From contig CALSTM010000003.1 in NCBI GenBank assembly GCA_943789275.1, forward strand, positions 270,001-302,000: a stretch of DNA of 32,000 nucleotides. The letters are read 5' to 3'. Positions within the stretch are counted from its first letter, which is position 1, and every line of letters begins with the position of its first letter. Below the pieces are notes generated by a model. It saw only the letters and a program-made list of their open reading frames with translations, did no database searches and was not told where the DNA came from. A program made the position numbers and the translations under genes. The DNA is from Candidatus Poseidoniaceae archaeon. Lineage in GTDB: Archaea; Thermoplasmatota; Poseidoniia; Poseidoniales; Poseidoniaceae. Shown here one piece after another: positions 23,724-31,979 of the stretch.

Positions 23724-26396
23724 TCAAAGTTCAGTGATGTCTTCTCGCTCTGTCGAAATACCGAATTCTTTCTCGGCTTTTTCGTAGGCACTGGCATCGA
23801 TTGAACCATCTCTCACAAGAGATGAGAGTGCAGCAAGAGCAACCGCTGCTCCATCAATTTCAAAGAATCTGCGGAGTGCTTCACGGGTGTCTGAGCGACC
23901 AAAGCCATCGGTTCCAAGCACGGTGTAGTGTCCACCAACCCATTGACGAATCATATCAGGAACGGCAGCCATGTTATCGCTCACCGCAATGACCGGGACT
24001 GTACCGCTTCCAAGAATTTGCTCTACCCAAGGTTGCTTGGCAGTCTTGCTTGGATGCAATCGGTTCCATCGGTCGCATTCCAAACCTTCTCGACGCATTT
24101 CGCCGTAGGATGTGGCGGAATAGATTTCTGAACGAACGCCGTAGGCTTCGAGCTTTTCTACTGCATCCAACACTTGGATCATAATTGGTCCTGAACCAAT
24201 CAGTCGAACAATCGGGCCGTCGCCCTTAGGGGCGGCGCGAAGCAGGTACATGCCGCGAATGATACCCGCATCGACGCCTTTCGGCTTCGGTGGCATTGGA
24301 TAATTTTCGTTGTAAACGGCAATGTAGTGGATGACGTCTTTGTCTTGACCGTACATCTCGTCAATTCCATGTCGAATGATGGTTGCCAATTCGTAAGCAA
24401 ATGCTGGGTCCCAGGCACGAACTGCTGGGTTGGTATGCGCCATCAAAAGCGAATGCCCGTCTTGGTGCTGCAACCCTTCACCGTTGAGTGTTGTGCGTCC
24501 AGAAGTCGCCCCCATGAGGAAACCACGGGCACGCTGGTCTGCTGCTGACCAGATGAGGTCAGCAACACGCTGGAATCCGAACATCGAATAGAAGGTGTAG
24601 AACGGAACGGTCGGATAGTGGTGCGTGGAAAAAGAGGTTGCAGCAGCGATAAAGGTCGAAGTTGCACCGGCTTCATTGATTCCTTCTTCCAAAAGTTGGC
24701 CTTTAGCGGATTCCTTGTACTTCATCAGCACCTTATGGTCGACCGGCTTGTACAACTGTCCTTCAGGGTGGTAAATGCCGAACTCAGCGAACAGAGGGTC
24801 CATTCCAAAGGTACGTGCTTCATCAGGGATGATTGGAACGATGCGCTCTCCGAACTCTTTGTTCTTCATGAGGGCGCGAAGAATCCGCACAAATGCCATG
24901 GTCGTAGAAACTTGCATGTTTCCTTTCGTGCCTTCATCAAAGTCGGCATAAGTTGCTTCATCCGGAAGGGTAAGGTCGAACTTAGGAACGGTTCGTGATG
25001 GCATGAAACCGTCCATGACCGCTCGTCGTTCCTTTGCATAAGCCACCAGTTCAGGGACATCTTCGGGCATGACGTAAGGGTATTTTTCCAAATCTTCATC
25101 GGAGAAATCTAGCCCAAGATCATCGCGCATGTATTGCATGCTTTCCATGTCAGCCTTCTTTTTCTGATGGGTCGTGTTTCGACCTGCGAAGGCTGGACCG
25201 AGTCCAAACCCTTTGATGGTGCGAATCAACACGACGGTTGGCTGGCCTTTGTGAGCGGTAGCCTGAGCGTAAGCAGCGTGGAGTTTGACGAAGTCGTGTC
25301 CGCCGACATCTGCGCACAAGTCGACCAGTTCGTCATCGCTCAAATGAGCAACGAGGGTCTGTAAGCCATCGGAATTGAACAAATCTTTGCGGATGGTTGC
25401 ACCATCAGCAGTCATGATTCGCTGCTCATCACCGTCGACCAATTGGTCAAGTCGAGCAGCAAGGAGTCCAGCGGTATCTCGAGCAAACAAATCATCCCAA
25501 CTGCTGCCCCAGAGCACTTTGATGACGTTCCATCCAGCGCCGCGGAACCTGCCTTCAAGCTCTTGAACAATCTTTGAGTTTCCACGCACTGGGCCATCGA
25601 GGCGTTGCAGGTTGCAGTTCATCGTCATGACGATGTTGTCAAGGCCTTCACGGCCTGCCAGAGATAACTGTGAAAGGGATTCGGGTTCGTCCGATTCCCC
25701 ATCACCCATGGTGTACCACACACGGGAGTTTGCAGTTGAGACCAAACCTCGGTCTTCGAGGTAACGGTTGAATCGAGCCTGATGAATTGCAGTCATCGCT
25801 CCCAGCCCCATGCTGACGGTTGGGAATTCCCAGAAATCAGGCATTAAACGCGGGTGAGGATAGGAGGAGAGTCCTTTGCCGCCGGTTTCTTGTCTGAACG
25901 CTTCCATTTGTTCGTGAGTTAAACGCCCTTCAAGCCATGCTCTTGCATAGATTCCTGGTGAAGCGTGGCCTTGCCAATACAGATGGTCACCCTGCCCTGC
26001 TCCATCTTTGCCTCGGAAAAAGTGATTGAAACCGATTTCCCAGGCGTGAGATGCTGAGGCATAGGTCGAAATGTGTCCGCCAATGCCTTCGAAGTATTTG
26101 TTGCCACGCGTGACGATCATCATGGCGTTCCAACGGATGATGCCGTTGAGTCTCAGTTCAAGCTCAAGGTTGCCCGGATAGGCGCCCTGAGCATCGGGGT
26201 GAATCGAATTGAGGTAGGGGGTATTGACCACGTCGATGCCTACACCCGCATGGCGTGCAGCATCGACGGTGGAGAGCAATATTCGGCGTGCTTCTTCGTC
26301 ACCGAGTTGGTCACGGACAGCAAGAATTGAATCAACCCACTCCTGCGTAGCGACAGGATCTGGGTCAGGTAAAGTTCCTCGAACACCGAAGCGCAT
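23724..26396 (-). CDS. aceE: Pyruvate dehydrogenase E1 component, homodimeric type (AceE)
   Basis: 890 aa from the ATG at 26396, which is preceded by AGGAGG. N-terminus DPDPVATQEWVDSI. ThDP motif GDGESDEPESL...NCNLQRLDGPV. The length and block order are those of proteobacterial/actinobacterial AceE. The track ORF extension to 26519 lacks homology-like sequence. Confidence 0.92.
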   Translation of the reverse strand: MRFGVRGTLPDPDPVATQEWVDSILAVRDQLGDEEARRILLSTVDAARHAGVGIDVVNTPYLNSIHPDAQGAYPGNLELELRLNGIIRWNAMMIVTRGNKYFEGIGGHISTYASASHAWEIGFNHFFRGKDGAGQGDHLYWQGHASPGIYARAWLEGRLTHEQMEAFRQETGGKGLSSYPHPRLMPDFWEFPTVSMGLGAMTAIHQARFNRYLEDRGLVSTANSRVWYTMGDGESDEPESLSQLSLAGREGLDNIVMTMNCNLQRLDGPVRGNSKIVQELEGRFRGAGWNVIKVLWGSSWDDLFARDTAGLLAARLDQLVDGDEQRIMTADGATIRKDLFNSDGLQTLVAHLSDDELVDLCADVGGHDFVKLHAAYAQATAHKGQPTVVLIRTIKGFGLGPAFAGRNTTHQKKKADMESMQYMRDDLGLDFSDEDLEKYPYVMPEDVPELVAYAKERRAVMDGFMPSRTVPKFDLTLPDEATYADFDEGTKGNMQVSTTMAFVRILRALMKNKEFGERIVPIIPDEARTFGMDPLFAEFGIYHPEGQLYKPVDHKVLMKYKESAKGQLLEEGINEAGATSTFIAAATSFSTHHYPTVPFYTFYSMFGFQRVADLIWSAADQRARGFLMGATSGRTTLNGEGLQHQDGHSLLMAHTNPAVRAWDPAFAYELATIIRHGIDEMYGQDKDVIHYIAVYNENYPMPPKPKGVDAGIIRGMYLLRAAPKGDGPIVRLIGSGPIMIQVLDAVEKLEAYGVRSEIYSATSYGEMRREGLECDRWNRLHPSKTAKQPWVEQILGSGTVPVIAVSDNMAAVPDMIRQWVGGHYTVLGTDGFGRSDTREALRRFFEIDGAAVALAALSSLVRDGSIDASAYEKAEKEFGISTEREDITEL

Positions 26397-26402
26397 GTTT
26401 CT

Positions 26403-26408
26403 CCTCCT
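26403..26408 (-). promoter_or_regulatory. Shine-Dalgarno site (AGGAGG) for aceE
   Basis: The reverse complement of cctcct lies 6 nt upstream of the ATG at 26396. Confidence 0.55.
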
Positions 26409-26559
26409 TGGGCATCCCTCCAACCGTGGGGTTTTCAACCCTCGCTTAGAATACCGTCTGCATTGGCTGCAGTTTACCGCATTATCGGTTGACATTTTGA
26501 GGAACGGCGTTGCGTACATCGTTTTTTGTGAGCCATTTTCATACTATTCCGGAGCAATC

Positions 26560-26567
26560 AATAAAAG
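26560..26567 (+). promoter_or_regulatory. TATA-like box (AATAAAAG) positioned for a leaderless transcript of the Hc1-like gene
   Basis: The centre is ~28 nt upstream of the ATG at 26591. Confidence 0.3.
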
Positions 26568-26590
26568 CCGACTCAACTGCGGGTCAGTCT

Positions 26591-26770
26591 ATGTCCGTCG
26601 AGGCTATGGTTCAAACGATGATTGATGATTTAACTGCCGCTCTTGCTGATGCTGTCAAGCACGACAAGGGTAACGCTGCTGCTGGTACCCGTGTGCGCAA
26701 GGCTATGCAAGAAGCAAAGTCCGCTGCTCAAGCAGTGCGCACCCAAGTCCAAGCAGACAAGAACGCTTGA
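26591..26770 (+). CDS. Small histone H1-like (Hc1 N-terminal-domain-like) protein, 59 aa
   Basis: MSVEAMVQTMIDDLTAALADAVKHDKGNAAAGTRVRKAMQEAKSAAQAVRTQVQADKNA. The block KGN.AA..RVRK....K.....R matches my recollection of the chlamydial Hc1 N-terminal domain (KGNKAAAQRVRTDSIKLEKIAKVYRKESI) and of ~60-aa bacterial 'histone H1' proteins. The start was trimmed from the track ORF 26510. Confidence 0.6.
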   Translation: MSVEAMVQTMIDDLTAALADAVKHDKGNAAAGTRVRKAMQEAKSAAQAVRTQVQADKNA

Positions 26771-26772
26771 GG

Positions 26773-28248
26773 TTAGGAGCGCGTTAATACGCGCCATTCA
26801 CCCTTGCCGTTGAGAAAATCACTTTCTCCGCTGGTTTTAACATTCCACCCACTCGGTGTAAACGTTATCTCTGGCGATAGAACGATTGTATCCACATTTG
26901 CGAGGGTTGAATTCAAATCCTTCTCCCATGCCGTGTTTGTCGATCTCCAATGACCGGTGATGTTGTTTTCCTCCGCATCAAGCGGAGCATAGAATGTGTA
27001 CAACCAGTGCATACCAAGCGTATCTTCTGATACGAACAAGAAGTGTTCGCCGTCTTCCAGTTCCATTGCGACTGCTGCATCATCCGTCCACATGGTTTGT
27101 CCGTGAACCGATGCAAGTAAGGAAAGCGGCAGCAACAACAACACCGTCAACACCGTTGCTTTGGCTTTCGATTGCGGTGAATCGAGGCTTGGAACAGGGT
27201 TGTGTTTTCGTATGAAATGCATGAGCACGATGAACGGCAAGAACAGCATCGTGATGTAACGGCCGTTGTTACCCATGGTCCACACCACGCCCGGCCACTC
27301 AGCACCCCAGATGCTTGCTTCGTATGTCCAAAGTGCTGCCACATAGAACACGACTGCCACCAGTATGCCCGAGATATATCCAGTCATCATGGCAATTTTC
27401 GAGTCATTAATCCCTTTCAATGCGCGCAACACTGAACCAACAAACGGCCACATCACCATTCCAAACAGTGTGAATATAACGACCACGTCAAGCAGGGAGA
27501 AGGCCAGAGCCGAGGCATACCTCAACGGTTGTTGACCGATGATGGCAAGTGTTGGATTGATTTCGAGTAGACCAAAGAAGACCATCAGCACAGCCACGCT
27601 AAGACCAACAACAGCGCCCACGATGTGAGGGCGAGCCATCCATGCGGTACCGTTTCGCCCGCTTTCCTGTATGAGGCCCCAAAGGAATGCTGCTGCTCCA
27701 GTGAGAACGGCACCGACCAGAACGCCTTGAGCATCCGTGAAACCTTTTGAATACGCCATTCCCATGAAGAAAACCCCTCCACTGAAACATTGCAATGGGC
27801 GTTTCTTATTGGAGAGCACACCTGTAAAGAGCAGCAAAGCGAGAACGGCAAATACGGCGAAGTACACCTCCTCATATCCTCTGGCAACCGAAAAAATCAT
27901 CGCTGGAGAGAGGGATAACACTGTTGCTGAACGTACGCCACTCCATCGATAAAGACAGGCGACCATTCCAAAGAAGGTTACCAGCGCCACCGTTTTTATT
28001 CCTGTTTCTGACAATTCATAGAGTGGGAGGACCACGCGCTCACCGCCATCGAATGCATCACTCTGTCCGGGAGTCTCCGGTCGTAAATCTCCCCACGGCA
28101 AGGCTCCGTTTTCATCGACCGCCATCTTGACGTGTGTGTCAAGACCTAAATCGCTAGTAAAACAGGCAATGAGGTTGAGAAGTATTCCTAAAATGAGGAG
28201 TTTTTGCCAGAAGCGGTCGTCTTCGATATCCAACCGCTCCATAGGCAA
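26773..28248 (-). CDS. Polytopic membrane protein with C-terminal extracytoplasmic domain; possibly a GT-C-fold glycosyltransferase (ArnT/PMT-like)
   Basis: 491 aa with ~11 hydrophobic helices. An acidic first loop (SDLGLDTH..DENG) follows TM1, as in GT-C enzymes. The C-terminus is a ~110-aa soluble domain. The functional call is weak. Confidence 0.5.
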   Translation of the reverse strand: MPMERLDIEDDRFWQKLLILGILLNLIACFTSDLGLDTHVKMAVDENGALPWGDLRPETPGQSDAFDGGERVVLPLYELSETGIKTVALVTFFGMVACLYRWSGVRSATVLSLSPAMIFSVARGYEEVYFAVFAVLALLLFTGVLSNKKRPLQCFSGGVFFMGMAYSKGFTDAQGVLVGAVLTGAAAFLWGLIQESGRNGTAWMARPHIVGAVVGLSVAVLMVFFGLLEINPTLAIIGQQPLRYASALAFSLLDVVVIFTLFGMVMWPFVGSVLRALKGINDSKIAMMTGYISGILVAVVFYVAALWTYEASIWGAEWPGVVWTMGNNGRYITMLFLPFIVLMHFIRKHNPVPSLDSPQSKAKATVLTVLLLLPLSLLASVHGQTMWTDDAAVAMELEDGEHFLFVSEDTLGMHWLYTFYAPLDAEENNITGHWRSTNTAWEKDLNSTLANVDTIVLSPEITFTPSGWNVKTSGESDFLNGKGEWRVLTRS

Positions 28249-28294
28249 CGGTTCGGGGGGAGAGGTTCAACCCTTTCGGACACTTCGGGGGTAC

Positions 28295-29338
28295 ATGGGC
28301 GGAATTCTCAACGGTGTACGAATTGTCGATGTCTCTCGAATTTTAGCAGGTCCTTACGCGACACAAATGCTCTCCGACTTGGGGGCTGAAGTCATCAAAG
28401 TCGAAGCACCGTGGGGCGATGACACCCGTAAATGGGGTCCACCTTTCACCGCTGGGTTTGACGGCAAACAGGTGGCTGCCTACTTTCTTTCGTGCAACAG
28501 AGGCAAAGAGATCGTGACGTTCAATTTGAAACAGCAAGCGGATGAAGTACGCTCATTGATTGAGACGGCGGATGTTGTCGTTGAGAACTTCAAACCAGGT
28601 ACGCTCGAGCGGCTTCTTGGGCCGATGCCGGACGACGTGATTGTTTGTTCCATCTCGGCTTACGGTGCTTCAGGTCCTCGCCGTGACGAGCCAGGATACG
28701 ATGTGGCATTGCAAGCCCGCAGTGGCATTATGGGGATCACTGGTGAAGCAGATGCATCTCCAGTGAAGGTTGGCGTCGCATGGATTGATGTCATTACGGG
28801 ACTAAACGCTGGAAACGCGATACTCGCCGCATTGTATCACAAAGAGAAGACCGGTGAATCGATGCAAATCGATATCTCACTGTGGGATTGTGCTGTTGCG
28901 GCACTGGTCAATCAGGCGCACAACGCCATGGCCAGCGGTAAGAACCCTCAACCGATGGGTTCAGCTCACCCAAATCTCGTTCCTTATCGTGCCTTCAAAG
29001 CAAACGACGGATGGTTTGTGATTGGCGTTGGATCGGATAACCAGTGGAGCGGTTTAGCAACGCATCTTTCGATACCTGCTCCTGATGAATGGTCGACCAA
29101 CGAGGGACGGGTATTGAACCGTGCCAGCGTAGAGAAGGCTGTTGGTGATGCTGTTTCAACCATGAGCAGGATGCAACTTGAATCGTTACTTGTTGGTATT
29201 CCTTGCGCTCCAGTCAATACCGTTTTGGAAGCCCTCAACGATCCTCAAAGCGTGTCGAGAGGGGCTGTAACGCAGCACAAAGGCGTTGATGTCTTGGCAA
29301 GTCCGCTGCGCTTTATGCAACCTTCAAAACGAGAATAA
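28295..29338 (+). CDS. Family III CoA-transferase (CaiB/BaiF/Frc-like)
   Basis: The ATG at 28295 gives MGGILNGVRIVDVSRILAGPYATQMLSDLGAEVIKVE, the canonical N-terminal block. This is followed by ENFKPG and GYDVALQARSGIMGITG, the catalytic Asp region. The track ORF extension from 28127 overlaps the divergent gene. Confidence 0.88.
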   Translation: MGGILNGVRIVDVSRILAGPYATQMLSDLGAEVIKVEAPWGDDTRKWGPPFTAGFDGKQVAAYFLSCNRGKEIVTFNLKQQADEVRSLIETADVVVENFKPGTLERLLGPMPDDVIVCSISAYGASGPRRDEPGYDVALQARSGIMGITGEADASPVKVGVAWIDVITGLNAGNAILAALYHKEKTGESMQIDISLWDCAVAALVNQAHNAMASGKNPQPMGSAHPNLVPYRAFKANDGWFVIGVGSDNQWSGLATHLSIPAPDEWSTNEGRVLNRASVEKAVGDAVSTMSRMQLESLLVGIPCAPVNTVLEALNDPQSVSRGAVTQHKGVDVLASPLRFMQPSKRE

Positions 29339-30352
29339 AGACGTTTGACCGCCTTCACGAATAAGCCCGACTTCTCGAAGTTTATCGAAAGCGTTGTCCA
29401 TTCTCCGTTGGCTAAACTGCCGTTCAACTTGTAAGAACTGTTCGAGTCCTTTGACATCAATTTGCCCGGGTTCGAGGTCCTCATCTGCCACATCGACCGC
29501 AGGATGCTCATGGAAGATACTTCGGATTTCATCGAGGCGTTCTGGAACGTCCTTGCCTTTGACTTGACAGATCGCTTCGATGGAGCCGTGTTCCTTGATC
29601 AGTTTAATGCCCGTTTTTGGACCAATACCTCGAATTCCGGGGTGGAAGTCCGTTCCAATCATAATGGCAAGGTCGATCAGTTGAGAGCGGGAAAGGTCGT
29701 TGGACTCCAACATCCCATCAAGGTGAATCATCTGTGCCCGTACAGTCCTTCCATGTTGCTTGGAGCCGTCGCTCATCAAGTTTCGAACCAAGCGTGGTGT
29801 TCCGTAGAGCAGCGCATCCCAATCTTGGGTGGCGACGACATCGAGTTGTCCTTTGGCCGCCATTACAGCGGCTTGTCCTTCACCTTCTGCCTTGGCAACA
29901 ACCCAAGGTACGCCCAGCAAATCGAACAACTGCTTTGTTTCATCAACCATTTCTTGCGAATAATGTACGATGCGTGGAGCCATTTTCTGGGCCAGGGCGA
30001 AATCTCCGACTTCAAGTGCTTCTTTGTGGATGCGTTCCGCCTCATCTCTGCGCGCTCTTCGGCTTGCTAACTCACCTGCTTTCAATTCTGGAGATTCACC
30101 ATCAAAGATGTACACCGGCCGGATTCCGAGGTTGAGGAGAGTCGCTGTGCGGTTGAGGAAACCCATCAAGTGAGAAACAACTTTTCCATTATCGGCTTTG
30201 AGTGGACCCCCATCTCCCTGTGGAGAACGGTCCCTCATGGTTGTAAGAAATTGGAACGCTGTGAGAAACGCATCGATGCCGACTCTCTGACCAGAAAGGC
30301 TTGCTAGGTCAATGTTTTCCGCAGTTGCAAGGTCCTTCAGATTGCAGCCCAT
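29324..30352 (-). CDS. fen: Flap endonuclease 1 (archaeal FEN1)
   Basis: 343 aa from the ATG at 30352: MGCNLKDL..GQRVGIDA, VYIFDG, AKAEGEGQAA, ATQDWDALLYG, the H3TH block IGTDFHPGIRGIGPKTGIKLI, and a C-terminal PIP-like QTSLFSF. Confidence 0.93.
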   Translation of the reverse strand: MGCNLKDLATAENIDLASLSGQRVGIDAFLTAFQFLTTMRDRSPQGDGGPLKADNGKVVSHLMGFLNRTATLLNLGIRPVYIFDGESPELKAGELASRRARRDEAERIHKEALEVGDFALAQKMAPRIVHYSQEMVDETKQLFDLLGVPWVVAKAEGEGQAAVMAAKGQLDVVATQDWDALLYGTPRLVRNLMSDGSKQHGRTVRAQMIHLDGMLESNDLSRSQLIDLAIMIGTDFHPGIRGIGPKTGIKLIKEHGSIEAICQVKGKDVPERLDEIRSIFHEHPAVDVADEDLEPGQIDVKGLEQFLQVERQFSQRRMDNAFDKLREVGLIREGGQTSLFSF

Positions 30353-30377
30353 GGTGTGAACATAAGTTGACAGTATG

Positions 30378-30385
30378 TGTATATT
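30378..30385. promoter_or_regulatory. AT-rich TATA-like element (TGTATATT / AATATACA) in the fen1-methyltransferase divergent spacer
   Basis: It lies ~30 nt upstream of the fen1 ATG (30352, minus strand), which is leaderless geometry, and ~45 nt upstream of the ATG at 30428 on the plus strand. Confidence 0.3.
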
Positions 30386-30427
30386 GGCATCCGAACCCGT
30401 CAAGAAGTCGAGGCGCAAGCGCTCACC

Positions 30428-31567
30428 ATGGCGAGCCATGTTGCAAGTTTACGCGGCTGGCATACTGCGTTAGCACGCGCCGAGATTGCCTCGCTTCTTC
30501 CGAGCGCAGTTGTAAACCGACTGCCAGCGCGTCGTTTGGTGCTGCTCGATGGAGACGTTTCACCCGAACATATGCTTGAGGCTGTGAACTGCTCGAGCGG
30601 TTGCCAAGCTCTGCTGACCCATGCCGTCCTTTGGTCGAATGAGCAGCCCATCGATTCACTGCTTGAACAAATGAGCGATTACATTCAAACGCATACTCGC
30701 ACAGGTTCGGTAGCAGTTCGTTCATGGAAACATGAAGGGAAAATGGAAGGCGTCAGTGCTCGTGAATTGATGAGGAAAATCGGTGGCATGTTGTCTGAGC
30801 AAGGCTATCAGATTGACCTTGAGCAACCCGACCATCGCCTTGGTATGGTGCTGGATGCAAAAGCAGGAATCATTGCATGTGGGTGGATGATTGGCACTGG
30901 CGATGAATCCGACGGCATTTCGGCTCGACGAGCGACGGACCGCCCGTTTTTCAAGCCGGTGAGCCTCGACCCCAGGCTCGCTCGTTTGGCAGTGAATCTT
31001 GCTTCAGGCCCCTTGCAAAAGGGTGTTACCCTTGATTTGATGACCGGTACCGGCGGTTTTGTTCTTGAAGCAGCGGTCTCGGGAAGAGAGGCCTACGGTA
31101 TTGACCTTGATGCAGAAATGATTGAAGGAGCACAAAGAAATCTGGATTGGGCTGAACAGGCAAACCGAGCATCTTTGCTGTTGGGTGATGCAACGCGTCT
31201 TTTGGACGTGCTGCCAGCAGATGCCATTCATCGCATCAGTGGTTTTGTTCTTGACCCACCTTACGGTCGAAACTCACAAGGAACGCTTGAACCAACGGCT
31301 TTGATTCGCGCCGTTCTGGAAAGTTCTCATTCGGTGGCTGGGGAAAATGCACATTTTGTCTTGATTGTGCCTATTCACCCGTTTGGAGAACATGCCGAAG
31401 AGGCCTTGTCTGAAGATGCTGCAGTCGAACTGTTGCACGGGCAATGGGATGAGTTGCAAGCATGCTTTGAGCAAACCGGTTGGAGGCTGCTGGGTCGATG
31501 GGTTGAACACGTTCATGCCAGCCTAGGGCGGCTTATTCTTCATGCAGCAATTGTTCCTCGAGATTGA
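30428..31567 (+). CDS. THUMP-domain tRNA (guanine-N2)-methyltransferase (Trm-G10/Trm11 or Trm14 family)
   Basis: The N-terminal part is THUMP-like. SAM motif I is LDLMTGTGGFVLEAA and motif IV is VLDPPYGR. 379 aa from the ATG at 30428. Confidence 0.8.
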   Translation: MASHVASLRGWHTALARAEIASLLPSAVVNRLPARRLVLLDGDVSPEHMLEAVNCSSGCQALLTHAVLWSNEQPIDSLLEQMSDYIQTHTRTGSVAVRSWKHEGKMEGVSARELMRKIGGMLSEQGYQIDLEQPDHRLGMVLDAKAGIIACGWMIGTGDESDGISARRATDRPFFKPVSLDPRLARLAVNLASGPLQKGVTLDLMTGTGGFVLEAAVSGREAYGIDLDAEMIEGAQRNLDWAEQANRASLLLGDATRLLDVLPADAIHRISGFVLDPPYGRNSQGTLEPTALIRAVLESSHSVAGENAHFVLIVPIHPFGEHAEEALSEDAAVELLHGQWDELQACFEQTGWRLLGRWVEHVHASLGRLILHAAIVPRD

Positions 31568-31979
31568 GCAAAACAATCGAATCTTCTTCGGTTGGTTCAG
31601 GGAACTGGGCTCGGTGAGGACATCCTTCGTCAAGAATGGCCTCATCGTTATGGTTGAGAACATTCGGATAGGTTCTGCACCCTTTAGGTCGGACTTCGTA
31701 AACTGAACACATCCCCTCAGCATTGACATCGGATGATGAAGTCAGCAGGAAGACACAGGCGCGAGTATTTTCATCGTTCAGTAGCGTGAGAATGCCGTTG
31801 TTTTTCCATGTAAAATCTTCAACCGCCATTCCGGTACGCCGAGACAGCAACGAAGCCTCCGCCTTCGTGAGAGGCATGGTCGTCTCCCGACAACAAGCCG
31901 AACAACCCGTCGGAATGCATGGGAGTGAGCGGGCCATATCCGTGCTAAACCATCCGCCTTCTTCAAGAAGGGGGGGCAT
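31533..31979 (-). CDS. YkgJ-family (CxxCxxCC) zinc/iron-chelating protein
   Basis: CIPTGCSACCRETTMPLT ... ACVFL ... GMCSVYEVRPKGCRTYP matches the UPF0153/YkgJ Cys pattern. The 3' end overlaps the convergent methyltransferase gene by 35 nt. Confidence 0.75.
   Translation of the reverse strand: MPPLLEEGGWFSTDMARSLPCIPTGCSACCRETTMPLTKAEASLLSRRTGMAVEDFTWKNNGILTLLNDENTRACVFLLTSSSDVNAEGMCSVYEVRPKGCRTYPNVLNHNDEAILDEGCPHRAQFPEPTEEDSIVLLNLEEQLLHEE

Noticed and set aside
26397-26519. The N-terminal extension of the aceE ORF (41 extra codons). Similar upstream extensions exist for the ORFs at 28127-28294, 30353-30439, 30377-30427, 23690-23809 and 26510-26590.
   Set aside because: The conserved N-terminal blocks begin at internal ATGs, which have better contexts (AGGAGG for aceE, the canonical MG.. 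start for FEN1, MGGILNGVRIVD for the CoA-transferase). The extensions overlap neighbouring genes or promoters and have odd Cys/Arg-rich compositions.
29324-29347. Both FEN1 (QTSLFSF) and the unrelated membrane-protein tail (DFSDFSF, 5429-5449) end in the same FSF tripeptide. I considered whether this is a shared PCNA-interaction motif.
   Set aside because: Only FEN1 has the Q-x-x-L core of a PIP box. The other terminus lacks Q/L at the required positions, so the resemblance is three residues and is most likely coincidental.
29462-30070. A 202-aa plus-strand ORF inside fen1, plus ORFs at 29734-30135 and 29970-30173.
   Set aside because: It is antisense to a full-length, motif-complete FEN1, so it is a shadow ORF.
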